Position numbers and translations under genes: made by a program
In this document: one piece after another, positions 29,601 to 43,770 of the stretch
Layout of the letters: each line of letters opens with the position of its first letter
Numbering within the stretch: the first letter of the stretch is position 1
NCBI RefSeq assembly: GCF_009914755.1
Contig: NC_060927.1
DNA length: 64,000 bases
Reading direction: 5' to 3' (one strand)
From: the human T2T-CHM13v2.0 reference genome, Homo sapiens
Notes under the pieces: generated by a model
The model's database searches: none
The model's input: only the letters and a program-made list of their open reading frames with translations
Told to the model about the DNA's origin: nothing

Positions 29601-32600
29601 AAATTCCATCTCTACTAAAAATACAAAAAAAAATTGTGAGGTGTGGTGGCAGGCACCTGTAGTCCCAACTACTCAGGAGGCCAAGGCATGAGAATGGCTT
29701 GAACCTGGGAGATGGAGGTTGCAGTGAGCCAAGATCCAAGATTGAGCCACTGCACTCCAGCCTGGGTGACAGAGCGAAACTCTGTCTCAAAAACAAACAA
29801 ACAAACAAAACAAACAAACAAACAAAAAAACCTCAGAGACTATTATGTACACCCCTATGCACACAAGCTAGGAAATCTAGAAGAAATGGATAAATTCCTG
29901 GAAATATACAGCCTTCCAAGACTGAACAAGGAAGAAATTGAATTCCTGAACAGACCAATAACAAGCTCTGAAATTTAACCAGTAATAAAAAGCCTGCCAA
30001 TCAGAGAAATCCCAGAACCAGATGGATTCATAACTGAATTCTATCACATATATAAAGAAAGGCTGGTACAATTTCCACTAAAACTATTTCAAAAACTTGA
30101 GGAGGAGGGACTCCTCCCTAACTCATTCTGTGAGGCCAGCATCATCCTGATACCAAAACATGGCAGAGACACACAAAAAAGGAAAACTTCAGGCTAATAT
30201 CCTTGATGCAAACATCTTCAACAAAATATTAGCAAACTGAATCCAGCAGCACATCAAAAAGATAATATCCTATGATCAAGTAGGCTTCATCATTGGGATG
30301 TGAGGTTGGCTCAACATACACAAATCAATAAATGTAATTTATTATATAAACAGAATGTTAAAAAATCCCATGATTATCTCAATAGACACATAAAAAGCTT
30401 CCCATAAAATTTAACATCAAAAACTCTCAATAAACTAGGTATTGAAGGAACATACCTCAAAATAATAAAGGCCATCTATGACAACCCCACAGCCAACATC
30501 ATACTGAATGAGTAAATGCTGGAAGCATTCCCCTTGAAAACCAGCACAAGACAAGAACACTCTCTCACAACTCCTATGCAACATAGTCCTGGATGTGCTG
30601 GCTACAGCAATGAGGCAACAAAGAAATAAAAGGCATCCAAATAGGAAGAGAGGAAGTCAAACTATCCCTGTTTGAAGATAATATGATTCTACACATACAT
30701 AACCCCATAGTCTCTGCCCCAAAGCTCCTTGATCTGATAAACAACTTCAGCAAAGTTTCAGAATACAAAATCAATGTAGCAAATTCTGCAGCATTCCTTT
30801 ACACCAAGAACCTTCAAGCTGAAAGTCAAATCAAGAACACAATCCCATTAATAATAGCCACAAATAAAAGAATAAAATACCTAGGAATACACCTAACGAG
30901 GGAGGAAGAAGTTCTCTCCAATGAGAATTACAAAACACTGCTGATGGAAATCAGAGATGACATAAACAAGTGGAGAAACATTCCAGGCTCACAGATAGGA
31001 AGAATCAATATTGTTAAAATGGCCATACTTCCCAAAGCAATTTATAGATTCAATGCTATTCCTATCAAACTACCAATGACATTCTTCGCAGAATTAGAAA
31101 CAACTGTTTAAAAATTCGTATGAAACCAAAATTAGCCCAAATAGCCAAGGCAATCCTAAGCAAAAAGAACAAAGCTGGGGGCATTACATTATACTATACT
31201 ACACAGCTTCAAACTATACTATAAGGCTACAGTAACCAAAACAGCATGATACCTGGTAAAAACACAGTCACATAGACCAATGGAACAAATAGAGACCCCA
31301 GAAATAACGCCACCTGCCAACAATGATTTGATATTTGACAAAGTTGGCAAAAACAAGCAATGGGGAATGGACTTTCTATTTGATAAATGATGCTGGGATA
31401 ATTGGCTAGCCCTATGCAGAAGATTGAAACTGGATCCCTTTCTTACACCATACACAAAAATCAATTCAAGATAAATTAAAGACTTAAATGTGAAACCTAA
31501 AACTATAAAAACCCTTTACAAATCTATTTTCTAGGTGCCTAGAACATAGGATAGGACCTGGCAAAGATTTCATGATGAAGACACCAAAAGCAATTACAAC
31601 AAAGACAAAAATTGATAAATGGTACCTAAACTAAAGAGTTTTTGCACAGAAAAGAAAAAAAGTCAACAGAGTAAACAGACAAAACAGATAACCTACAGAA
31701 TGAGAGAAAATATTTGCAAACTGTGCATGTGACAAAGGTCTGATATTTAGAATCTATAAGGAATTTAAACAAATGAACTAGCAAAATCAAACAACCTCAT
31801 TAAAAAAATGAGCAAAGGACATGAACAGACACTTTTCAAAAAAAGTCATATGCTCAGACAACAAGCATATGAAAAATGCTCAATACTACTAATCAGTAGA
31901 GAAATGCAAATCAAATCCTCAATGAGATACCATCTAACAGCAGTCAGAATGGCTGTTGTTAAAAAGTCAGAAAATAACAGACGCTGGTGAAGTTATAGAG
32001 AAAAGGGATGCTTATACATTGTTGGTGGGAATGTAAATTAGTTCAGCCATTGTGGAAAGTAGTTTTGCAATTTCTTGAAGAACTCAAAGCAGAATTACCA
32101 TTCAACCCAGCAATCCCATTACTGCATATATACCCCCAAAAATATAAATTGTTCTTCCGTAAATACACATGCATGCATATGTTCATAGCAGCACTATTCA
32201 CAATAGCAAACACATCGAATCAACCTAAATGCCCATCAACAGTAGACTATATAAAGAAAATGTAACATATATACCATGGGATACTACACAGCCATAAAAA
32301 ACAATGAGATCACGTCCTTTGCAGCAACATGGATGAAGCTGAAGGACATTATCCTAAGCGAACTAACACAGGAACGGAAAACCAAATACCACATGTTCTC
32401 ACTTATATATGGGAGCTAAACATTGAGTACAAATAAACACAAAGAAAGGAACAAAAGACACTAGGGCCTACTTTAGGGTAGAGGGTGGGAGGAGGGTAAA
32501 GATCAAAAAACTATCTATCAGGTACTCTGTTGATTACCTGGGTGATGACATAATCTGTACACCAAACCCCTGTGACAGGCAATTTACCTATATAACAATC

Positions 32601-32645
32601 CTGCACATGTATCCCTGAAGCTAAAGTACAAGTTAAACAAAAACA
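26678..32645 (+). mobile_element. L1PA16-like LINE-1 with 5'UTR, internal deletion at ~27692 and an Alu insertion
   Basis: GGAGGCAAGATGGC start; jump from 5'UTR to mid-ORF1; ORF2 ATG at 28337; RT motif degraded to FEDN; 3'UTR GATCAAAAAACTATCTATCAGGTAC...ACCAAACCCCTGTGAC. Confidence 0.92.
29497..29830 (+). mobile_element. Older AluS (AluSz/Sz6-like) with (CAAA)n tail, inside L1 ORF2
   Basis: GATCACTTGAGGCCAGGAGTTCAAGACC and GGCATGAGAAT; tail AAAAACAAACAAAC; L1 resumes CCTCAGAGACTATTATG. Confidence 0.93.
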
Positions 32646-32851
32646 TTAATTAAACTTCAATTCACTCTTTTTCTCTGTACTGAAAGCTGCAGAAATAGAG
32701 CTTTAAATACCAAGACAATTTAGTTTAAGACCTCAAAATTAAAATAAAAATATTATCCATTTAAAAAAGAGAGAAAAAGACGTTCTGAATGATGGAGCTC
32801 TTTAAATTCTGAATCTTTTAAGCTACATATATAATATATATGCTTAACATT

Positions 32852-32864
32852 CATATATATACAT

Positions 32865-32899
<35 letters not shown>
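32852..32899. repeat. Compound (TA)/(CA)/(TA) microsatellite
   Basis: Read directly. Confidence 0.9.
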
Positions 32900-33614
32900 A
32901 ATTATTTGGAACATGGCAAGGAATGGAAATCTAGATATTTGGCTAAGAACTCCCCAAATAGCAAGTCTTAGCTGGGGAACAAGAATCTGCATTGTAAAAA
33001 CGGTATGTTTGATTTTTGTGCACACTTGGAGAAATAATAATTAATATGTAATGTAGTGATTTTTAAATTACTCCTGAGAACTATATGGACCCACAGAGGT
33101 GCCATGGGAGCCACCCAATATAAGCCAGCAAATGGCCCAGAGGCCCTAGTTCTCTGTACCTTGATGATCTCACGTGAGAACATTTTAGCTTTTACTTACA
33201 TATTCATTTACATAAAGGCAGCACATAAAAGTTCATTTGAAAAAAGTGCCATGTTAACAGCAAAACTAAACATCTTTGTGAGAAATGACATGTGAAATCT
33301 GCTGGACCAAATAGGCTAATTATAAACCCCTTTCTTGCAGGTTCTACCTGCCCTTCTGCCTTCTTATTGCAAGCCAGCCGAAGCTGTATTTTCTGGGTCT
33401 CACCTGCAGACAAGCTTGGTGCCATTGCCAATCCTATCTGGGGCAGGGAGTCTCTCAGCTGCCTTAGCACCACCTTCTAATGGGGACTGGATTTCATGGT
33501 GCTGCCTGCGATGATGCCTGGGCCCTGTTGTCACCAGCAGGTTGCTGTGGTCCCTGCCACGGGCTTGGGTGGGTGCCCAGTTTCCTGGGGAGAGGGATTG
33601 AGGCTTAAGGAAGA

Positions 33615-33833
33615 AAGGGCAGGCTTTGAAGTCAGACAGACTTAGAGTTCAGCTCTGATTCTGCCATTCCTTAACTCTTTGATCTTAACCAAATTGTCTC
33701 ACATCTCAAGGTCTGCTTTCCAAATATGAGCATAATAGTATTTACCCTTCAGTGTTATTATGAGAATTCTCCTAAGTAGGTAAAAAGCCTAGCATAGTAC
33801 CTGATACGTAAAAGGTACTCAATTAGTGGTAAC
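33615..33833 (+). mobile_element. MIR
   Basis: GGCTTTGAAGTCAGACAGAC...CTAGCATAGTACCTGATACGTAAAAGGTACTCAAT. Confidence 0.7.
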
Positions 33834-34481
33834 TTCTTTTTAACTGCACCTTAAGGTTTGAGTTCCCAAAGTATCCTTGTTGCTCAATTTGACATTACTA
33901 GACTTTCCAGTCTTCCCAGGGGTTTCACATTTGGTTACAGGTTAGAATTTGAAGTTATTTGGAGATATTTTATGTGACAGCATGTAGTTAAGTGTAAAAT
34001 ATTTGACAAATATCTCATCATGAAAGACTAAAAGGAAAAAAATTAATCAAAATTGAGTGAGGATTTGAGAAAAATAATGGAGAATTTGGGGGGAAATCAG
34101 ACAGAAAATAAGAGCTTATTGTCTATCACAAGTTTGTAAAAACCTTTCCCAAATTGATATCAATTTTAACTCTAGTTATGAAATATGTAATGCCAGTAAT
34201 ACTTCATTTCACCTTGAATTCACTGTTTTAAGTCCTTATAAGGAATTCTTCAATGACATTAAACTTCTAGATTGCAAGTTGTCCTACTTATTATTTTCAT
34301 TGTTATCTATTTTTTTTAATGCTTAGATCTTCTGGGCATTGTGCTAATTATTGTATACTCTAATTTCATTTAAACCCCCAACAACTCTCTGTATTAGGTA
34401 GCACCATTCTCATCTTAAAGAGGTGGACACTGAGGCTTGGGGAGGTAGGAATTTTGCCCAAGGTAACACAGCTGGTAGTGG

Positions 34482-34981
34482 TGACAGGTGAAGCCGGCTG
34501 GGCTTCTGGTTCGGGTGGGGACTTGGAGAACTTTTCTGTCTAGCTAAAGGTTTGTAAATGCACCAATCAGTGCTCTAACTAGTCCGGTAGGGGACTTGGA
34601 GAACTCTTCTGTCTAGCTAAAGGATTGTAAATGCAGCAATCAGTGCTCTGTGTCTAGCTAAATGTTTGTAAACTCACCAATCAGCACTCTGTAAAATGGA
34701 CCAATCAGCGCTCTGTAAAATGAGCCAATCAGCAGGATATGGGCGGGGCCAAATAAGGGAATAAATGCAGGCCACCCAGCCAGCAGTGGCAACCTGCTCA
34801 GGTCCCCTTCCACATCGTGGGAGCTTTGTTCATTTGCTCTTCGCAATAAATCTTGCTGCTGCTCACTCTTTGTGTCCACGCTACCTTTTATGAGCTGTAA
34901 CACTCACCGCGAAGGTCTGCGGCTTCATTCTTGAAGTCAGGGAGACCAAGAACCCACCGGAAGGAACTAATTCTGGACACA
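34482..34981 (+). mobile_element. Solo LTR12F (ERV9/HERV9 LTR)
   Basis: TG...CA ends; start TGACAGGTGAAGCCGGCTGGGCTTCTGG; TCTAGCTAAAGG/CCAATCAG repeats; 4-bp TSD GTGG/ATGG. Confidence 0.93.
34563..34766 (+). promoter_or_regulatory. LTR12 promoter: four CCAAT (NF-Y) boxes, GC box, TATA-like element
   Basis: CCAAT at 34563, 34677, 34701 and 34725; GGGCGGGG 34741-34748; AATAAA ~34760. Activity is inferred from the family only. Confidence 0.6.
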
Positions 34982-36293
34982 ATGGCAGGGTGCCACTAGA
35001 ACCTGGTTGTCCAGTTCCAAGCCACACTGAAAGTTGGTTTCAGATAGGGCTTAATCAGAAATGAAAAACAGAGGTCTTTCTTCCTCAGCAATGGCCCCGT
35101 GTCTCCTTTTTCTCTGGTTTTTCTATTCTCTCAATTAGCAACAACTCAACTCTCAACGTTCAGGCATTTAAAAAGTTAAGGAAAGGCAAGATTATTATTA
35201 ATTGATTTTTAAGAAGGAAAAAAAGTGCTTTTATTTCCAAGATTGAGATCATTGTCCTTAACATAAAAATAATAGCTTTCATTATCAAATGCTTTCACCA
35301 AATGGATGACCTGTGTTGTTGCATTGAGTACTCAAGTCACCCTACAAAATATCATCACTCCCATGAGAACCAAGACACAGAAATTTTACATTACTTTAAT
35401 AAGGTCACTTTGTTCATAAGTGAAGGAGCCAGAATTCTGCCCCAATAAACCTGATTCTAAAGTTGGTTCTTTTAGCCATATTCTCTTTAGTTGTTGCATG
35501 GGGTTTACATATTTTTTCTTTCACATTTGTCTTTATTAGATAAGTGCTTTCAAGCTTCACTTTCCTACAGGGTCCAGGACAAAGCAGTCCACACCACAAA
35601 GGCTCTGAGTGACCCCTAAGATCTCCTATCCAAGCGAGGAAGAAGGAGGTACATTTGTGAGCTGAATGATTCTAGTAGCCACTTTTTTTTTTTTGTCCTG
35701 TTGCCTATTGTTTACCAACCCTTTCCTATAGGGACATCTCATAAATCTTCAAAGATGTGTGATTAGTTCTTGATTGGATGTATAGTTTATCAGTGTGCTT
35801 TTATATCTTTTTTGATAAGCATCATCCTGATTTGCATGATTATCTTTGAGAACATAAGGTTACTAAGAAACCCAAAGGGTTACTTGAAGAATGGAAGTAC
35901 TATGCAACAACTAGGCTATGATCCGTGTTATCTTGTTTACTCTTAGTTATAAACATTCATCAGCTGGATGGCAGTGTTTTCACTTTATACTATACAGATT
36001 TTAGTATCCCTGAATTCCTTGAATTTGTATTGTCCTGGTAAAAAGACATGAGGCAACAAAAGAGGTGCATGAGTGAGTGTAACCCAGTTTCCTTCTAAAC
36101 CTTCCTTCTAAAAACTGCCTCCTCTTGAATGTCTCTATATCTGTTTATTCATTTTTTTCACTCAACGAATATCTGTGGAGTACCAGGTACTGAGCTAAAC
36201 TCCAAGTTAAAAAAAATCAGTTATGGTTCCAACCTTCATAAAACTTACAGCTTAGTCAATTCACTTGATAAACTTGCCTTCTTAAGGCCTTGA

Positions 36294-36333
36294 AACACAC
36301 ACACACACATACACACACGCATGCACACACACA
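36294..36333. repeat. Interrupted (CA)n microsatellite
   Basis: Read directly. Confidence 0.85.
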
Positions 36334-36389
36334 TTTTATAGTGTTTATATTATTTTCATGGTGTTAATTAGTACAATTTACTAAGGTTT

Positions 36390-36560
36390 TTCTGTATAAA
36401 TTATCTCACTTTATCCTCAAAACAACTCAAAAGGTGGAAATTACCGTCAAACAATGTATAGATGAGGAAAATGAGTTTTTAAGGGGGTAAATAACTCACC
36501 CAAGTAACACAGTTAGTAAGCAGCAGGGTCAGAATTTTAACCCAGATCTCAGACAGAACA
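36390..36560 (-). mobile_element. MIR fragment
   Basis: ATAGATGAGGAAAATGAG...ACTCACCCAAGTAACACAGTTAGTAAG...TTAACCCAGATCT. Confidence 0.65.
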
Positions 36561-36574
36561 CTATCATTTCTCTC

Positions 36575-36660
36575 TTTTTTTTTTAACTTTTTTAACTTAC
36601 ACTTTAATTTCTGGGATACATGTGCAGAATGTTCAGGTTTGTTACCTAGGTATACAGGTG
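36575..36660 (-). mobile_element. Extremely 5'-truncated L1PA (PA7/8-like) 3' end
   Basis: T-tract then TTCTGGGATACATGTGCAGAATGTTCAGGTTTGTTACCTAGGTATACA, matching the L1 end at 19930. Confidence 0.8.
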
Positions 36661-38029
36661 AAAACTTGTTGATCATAAAATACTTAAGGACATATAAATG
36701 TTACATAACATAAATTACACGAGGGTTCTCATCTGTTCTAGAAGTGGGATTTGATACTATTTACCAGAATTAGAATAAAAATAGGAATTTTGCTGCCTTA
36801 AATTCTTTTTGAAGAATTTGAGGATGGATAATTTTAAAAATTAATTTCTCTTGAAGTCAAACTGGCTAGCTTAAGCCTGATTCAGAATATCCTTTGGTAG
36901 TTTTGTAGCTCATGTGGAATAAATATTTTTAAGTGGAATTTGGCTTTTGAACCAGTTGATAATAATCGTTTCATTATACCTTAAATCAAGATCACTCTAG
37001 GTGATCTTAGTTATTGTTAAAGTGCATGGCATTTATCCAAAGCACATTTACTGTGCATTTACTATAGGAATAGAAGTGACATTTTAATAGTGTACAGTTT
37101 GGCTGCTGCCACCACACTCATATTCCCGTTGATTTGAGAGCTACTATTTTTAATCTTTCTGTATGATTAGTTCTTAAAACATTAGCAAACCCAAATTGTC
37201 ACCTCCCTGGATACATCCACCTTCCTACTGGCATAAGTGTAATATTCTTTCAAAAACATGTGAAAGATTTTCCATTACTTCGGAGACTTCTGATCTCTGA
37301 AGTATCCATTGGATCCATTCTTTCTCAGCAACCTTTACTATAAAGCAGTCCCAAACTATGTATGTGTTCTCCTGATTCCTAGTCCCTTACCTTGTTTTAC
37401 CTGGTTTCTGACTTTCTTTACTTCTGAATTGTAGTTGCTGTGTTTTTCCTGTGTTTCTTCCCGTATTTCTATCCCTAGAAATAAAGAGCTTATTCATTCT
37501 TGACAATTGTCAACACTTTGGTCAACTCTGTGTAACCAAGAGTTGTACCAAAGTTACAACTAAAGGGTACCATTTGTTGAGGCCTTATTATGTGCCATGT
37601 CATACACTAGGGAATTACAAACTTAACCTAGTAATTTAAATAATTAATATGTGATTTTATAATTATCTAATGTTATTTACTATAAATTATTAAAATTACC
37701 ATTAATTATGAATTATACATTTAACCTACATAGTAACCTGGTGATGAACATATTCACATAGTTCCCATTTTACAGATAAGAAAGCAAGGCTGAAAAGATT
37801 AAAGTGACCAAAGTTATATGATAAGCACCATACAAATAGCACAACCTTTGTTTTTGAGAGTCTCAGTCTAAATGTGAAGAACTATGTGATTAAGAATTAG
37901 TTGACTGTTATTTTCAATAAAAATGACAGGAGTTCAGATGAGACAGAATATTTTTATCTTGGTTTTGGAAAGCTTTTTGGAGGTGACAGAATTGAGTATT
38001 GAATGATTGATATGATATATAGGTTTCAT

Positions 38030-38575
38030 TAAAATGTTGCAGATTTATTCATATAAATCCTGAAATTTTCTTGTTAAATTTATTCTTTCTTATTATAAAA
38101 TATTTGTATATTTTTTTGTAAATAATATTTCATTCTATTTTTTTCTAACTAGTTATTGCGGGTATATAAGAAATCTATTGCTTTTTGAATATTTATTTTA
38201 TAATCAGCAAACCTGGAGAACTCTCTTATTAGTTCCATTACTCTTTACGTTTGATTCTCTTGGGTTGTCTAAGTAGGCAACAGCCATATAATCTGCAAAT
38301 TAAGATAACTTTGGTCTCTCCTTTCCAAAATAAATGTCTCTTAATATAGAGATATCAAATGCAGTGTGAAATCATTTTGGTAACAGCCAGCATCCTTATA
38401 TTATTTTGAATTTTAATAGAAGTCATTTGAATTTTACTATTAAATATGATACTGGCTATTGGTTTAGGATGAAATCCTTTATCAAATTAAGGAAGAGTCT
38501 GTCTGGTCCTAGGTAACTAAGAGTTTTAAGCAGTAATGGATGTTGAATTTTATTTTAAAAATGTTTTTGGCATCA
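38030..38575 (-). mobile_element. Ancient L1M (ME/MD-like) ORF2 RT-region fragment
   Basis: Degenerate RT site (revcomp TTTGCAGATTATAT at ~38286-38299) and colinear motifs GTATATAAGAAATCTATTG and GGATGTTGAATTTT. Confidence 0.65.
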
Positions 38576-41500
38576 GATAGGTAAGATGTAGATAGGATAT
38601 AGTTGTGTTATTGATTTATAGTGTTAAGGATGGCATAAGCAAAAGTGCTGCAGTGAAAATGCACACACAGGTCTGGGTAGATAAATCTGGTAGATTTGTA
38701 AAAAGAGGTGCACTCATGTTGATGAGAGATGTGAGGAGATCAGAGATGTGGACTTGAGTGGAAACCCTGAATTCCAGACTGAAGGATTTGGGCTCTACCC
38801 TATAGAATACATCATGGGAAGACAGTGAAGAATTTTGAAGAGATGGATGATGTGAACAAAAATATGTTTTGGGGAGCTTAATCTCTCATTTTTGCTCAGA
38901 ATCCGCTGGCTACAAATCTTGCATGAAGGCCATTGTTAATCACTGGGATGTGAGATAATAAGAAATTGGCCACACAGTTACCTAATCACCAGCTACTTGA
39001 GAAGAGCCTATGCAGGAAACACGTTTATCAATTCCATGAGTATGGGTGGTTATATACCTGGCATGTAATACCAAAGCAGAAATAGAAGAGTGAATTCTGT
39101 TATACGGAAATGCCAATTTGAACCATAATAGAATGTGATTGAAGCAAAGAGAAACTGAAGGGAGGATTACTGGAGTAATTGTAAATATAAAAGGAGATCA
39201 GAGAGCCAAGAAAAATGAAATAAAGGTGTAACAAGTCAGAAATAAAAAAATGAAAGGTGATAACAAATGGGAAATCAAAAATCCTTAAATGGACTGAACT
39301 AAACTGGAATGGTTTTGAACATAATTGAGTAGAATTTAGCCATGGCTCTGGAGAAAGCTATGGGCTGGAGATACAGGTCTGCAAAGGATTTAAACAATAG
39401 CAATAACTCAAATACTGAGAGTTAATAATGCATTTTCTAAGAGCCAGGGCCAGGTAAATAAGCAGCAAGAGGGTGGAGACATGAACATTTTTAAAGGTAT
39501 GAGACAGAGAGAGAGAGAGGGAGAGAGAGAGATAATCACTGAAGAAATATTTTGAGCAAACCAGATATTAATGATAGAAAAAAAATATGAAGAGGTGGGG
39601 AAATTGGGAAGGTTGGAAATGGAGAAGGGAAAATGGGACTAGGAGGCAGATGTAAAAGTTAAACTAGGAAAGAAGATGAGTGTATAGAAGTACATAGGTA
39701 TGTGCCCAAATTACATACATAGATAGCTTCTGGAAATAGGAAAAGAAAATGGCCTCAAGCTTCTCAGTGAAATAATAGATGGGGTTATTGGCTCAGAAGA
39801 TAAAACTAGACATGAAGATGGAAGTAAAACACAACAGCGTCTATAATGTGAACTTTCCAGAGAATTAATTAGGGGAACAAAGGATTCCTGAACATTAATT
39901 AGGAGCAACTGTCTGAATCTATCAAGGGCTAGTGATTTAGAGAATGAAGTTTACTCAGTGTGTGACTGTCTCCAGCTGTTTTACAGAACACGGTGATCTA
40001 GGGTTCATGACTGGCATGGGGAATGTGGTAGAAGTTGGAGGCAGCTAAGGGCTCAAGGTCATAGTAACTCCACCATCAAAGGTCTACTTAAAGAGTCAGC
40101 CTGGGGAGAAATTCAACAATAATCCAATAGTTTATTATAGATTATATTTATTCATCACTTACTATGTACAAATCAGCAGGAGAGAAATACGAGTAATTGC
40201 TGAAATCTTTAACTGTGTACTCCCAATTTAGACACACACAGAAGTCCGGTTCTTGAGCCACCCAACCTCAGCAGTAGTTTAGTTAACCATGATTTATGTT
40301 TGAGTGTACTGTATTTTGGCATTGCTATATTTTTTGTCCCCATCCACTGAAGCAAAAAGAAAATTGGGCTAGAAGTCAAGAGGTTTAGGTTTTTAACCTT
40401 AGCTCTGCCCCAGAGCTGTATAATTTGAGAAAGATTATATTAACATTTTGGATCCCAATTCCCTCATCCAAAGGAGAATGAAGTGACAGAGGAAGAATAC
40501 AGAGACAGAGAAAGAGAGAAAAATGGAATAGGAGGAAGTGAGAGAGAGAGAGATTAAAGTAGATTAAAGATGCCCTCCCAGCTCTAACAGTCCAAAATTG
40601 TGAACCAGTGAGCATTTTCCATGGTCTTAGAATGCCTTTAGCATCCTTTTTGAATGAGATTCTTTTATTCCTCTTTAATGCTTTTCCATGAAAATCCTTT
40701 GGCTTGTGTCTATTTTCTCCTTTATTTAAAAATCTCCTTTTCCTCCTGCTCCTCCTTCTTTTTCTTCTCCACCTTGATCTTCTTTAATAAGACATACTTA
40801 AAAGCATTAACATCATGATTTCTCCAATAGAAGTTATTTACACAACCCATGTATTTCATTCTTATCTTCTATTTTCCTCTTCTCTTCACTATTTTAAAAA
40901 GACATAGGTATGAACCTTATTACTATTATTATTATTACGGCATTGATGCTTCTACAATGCCTTATATACCAAAATGATTACTTCTAAGATCTCGTTTAGT
41001 TCTTGCTAGAGAGACTAGCAGAACTCTAAAGAGGCCCCTGAGTAAAACTTTTACTTCAATAGTTACCTAATGAATGTTGCCATTCTTCAATTAAGAGGGA
41101 AAAGGTAAATTTGTTCCAAGTTCCAATTAAGACAAAAAGAAATAGAATGCTTATGCTCAATTCCTTATTAATTAAGGAATCATTGATCGGTCACTGTATT
41201 ATTATGCATTGGGCAAAATATGTTCTATATCCTCAGTGTTAAAGATAAATTGGTGACTACAGGTATATTCCTAGATGTTAAGATTCTCAATGCCTATATG
41301 AAGACACAGAAATAGAATTTGTTCAACCTACAAATTGAAAAGATCTAACCAAGACAAAATAAGAGCAAGGACAAAAATGGGTCTTTTTAAATTTTTATAT
41401 CAATGTATTTATTTATACCTTCTTTTATACCGCTCTTCTCCAAAAGACTTGAATCAGACTTTAAAAAGGTAATAACTTAAAATACAGCATGATTAAGTAA

Positions 41501-42448
41501 GTCTAGTATTCCTATGCTTATGCTGAAATATGTTAACAATGATTATCTGATTGATAGCTAATCTTTAATTTTCTTGAAAAAACTATTGTCTATCTGCATT
41601 CTCAAAACTTCTCAACAATAAACACATCTCAACAATATGATATAAATAATACATATAAATGATAAAAGAAAAGAGCAATAACTTAAAATGTCTGAAGTCA
41701 AAGTGAGATTCATGTTTGGAATGCGTGCCCTGAAGTTATATGTACTTGTCAGATGCCCACCACAAATTTAATCCTGAGTTTTCTAGCATTCATTGCAAAA
41801 AGGGAAACACATCAATTTCATAATCCAAAAGATGCATAAGGTTAAAATCCCCCATCAACTTCTCAAGAAAGATATACTTAATTCTGTTGTTGATACTTGG
41901 GAAACATCCTACACCTCAATTACATGGAGTAATGTGAGAAATAGTAACTCTAGCAGCATTCTTCTAGAAAATACGGTGATAAGTTTCATGGATTGGTCTA
42001 TATATCTCTTAATTCAGGTTAATAGAATTTTATCAAAGAAGAATGCAGTATAAAGCAACTGCCAGGAGGGTTAGTGTGATGCCTATAACACATTGGACAA
42101 ACCTGATGATGTTTCAACCAGATCTAGAGTTTAAAGTGCCTAGAAAAATGGACATACTGCATATCTTTCAAGCAATCCTCTATAAATATTATTTCTTTTA
42201 TTCAAATTTTAGTGCATAAGCAACAATGAATTTATTATTTTCCTTCCTGGCAAGGCTTGAGAATGCAATAATATAATAAGATTAGTTCATACATACACAT
42301 ATTTTTATTCATTGATTAAGGTGGTAGAACAAATACCCTTTATAAAAACTGAAAGATCTTGGCAAGAATGAATCCATCAACAGATGGCCATCCCATCTTT
42401 CTCAAAGGTCATTAGGGAAGACCTGTGGAGAGCACAATCTTCCTCTAA

Positions 42449-42769
<321 letters not shown>

Positions 42770-42829
42770 TGAAAATGCAGACTCACAAACTGAGGTTAGA
42801 TATTTTTTAAAATTCAAACTCAACACTAC

Positions 42830-43770
42830 ACCTTCACGCAGCTTCCCTTAATGTTAAATTCTTACATAATCATGGTATCTTTGGCAAAACTAAGAAATTA
42901 AGCTTGTTACAATACTGTTAACTAAAGTACAGACTTTACTTGTATTTCATTAGTTTTTCACTAATGCTGTTTTTCTGTTTAAGGATCTGCTCCAGGATAC
43001 TACACTGCATCTAGTCAACATGCCATCTTGGTCTCCTCTAGACTGTGACAATTTCTCAGTCTTTCCTTTTTTAATACGTATTGAAAGTTTGAAGAGCCTG
43101 GTCAGATATTTTGTAGAATGCTCCTCAATTTAGGTTTGTCTGATGTTAGTTCATGATTAAATTGGGGTTATGAGTTTTGGGGAAACATAACAGAGAGGTG
43201 AAGTACCTTTTTTATTACATCATATCATAATGGGCACATATTATCAACATAATTTATCATTAGTAATGATAACATTGATCACTGGCTTAAGGTGGGGTCT
43301 GTCATGTCTCTTCACTCTAAAGTTACCATTTTTTCTTTTCATACTCTATGCTTTGGAAGCGAAATTAACTCCAGGCCACATTCAAGAGAAAAGGAATTAA
43401 GCTTTGCTTTCTAGAGGTATATTACTTGGAATTATTGGGTATGAAAGATTTGTCCCTTATCCTCCATTTATTTCTTATTCAGTTCTTTATTTATTAGTAT
43501 GGATTCATGGATTGTTTTAAATTCACTGGATTTTAATTCAGTGCTATAGTTGTTTATTTTATTGCTCAAATTTCTTCAGATTTGACCACTGGAAGCTCTA
43601 TCATGTTGGCTACTGTATCTTTTTGACATCTGTCTTTGTTCCTTTTCTCTTTTCTTTTGTCCTTCTTTTAAAAGTACTTCCTTTCATCCTGGTACTACAA
43701 GATACTTTAGGCTCATCTTATGTTTTCCCAGTCCCAGCCCCTAACTAAGCCATATCTCCAGGGCTCTTTC
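42830..43770 (-). mobile_element. L1MC-type 3'UTR fragment
   Basis: CTTCCCTTAATGTTAAATTCTTACATAATCATGG...AAAACTAAGAAATTAA...CCAGGATACTACACTGCAT resembles the L1MC3/4 3'UTR as recalled. Confidence 0.65.

Larger units (their letters stand above)
34315..35025 (-). mobile_element. MIR split by the LTR12F insertion
   Basis: GGACACTGAGGCTTGGGGAGGTAGGAATTTTGCCCAAGGTAACACAGCTGGTAGTGG before the LTR; MIR-like TGGCAG...GAACC after it. Confidence 0.65.

Noticed and set aside
34517-34735. CRISPR-like or novel tandem array
   Set aside because: The repeats are the normal CCAAT/TCTAGCTAAAGG units of LTR12; no unique spacers, and the context is eukaryotic.
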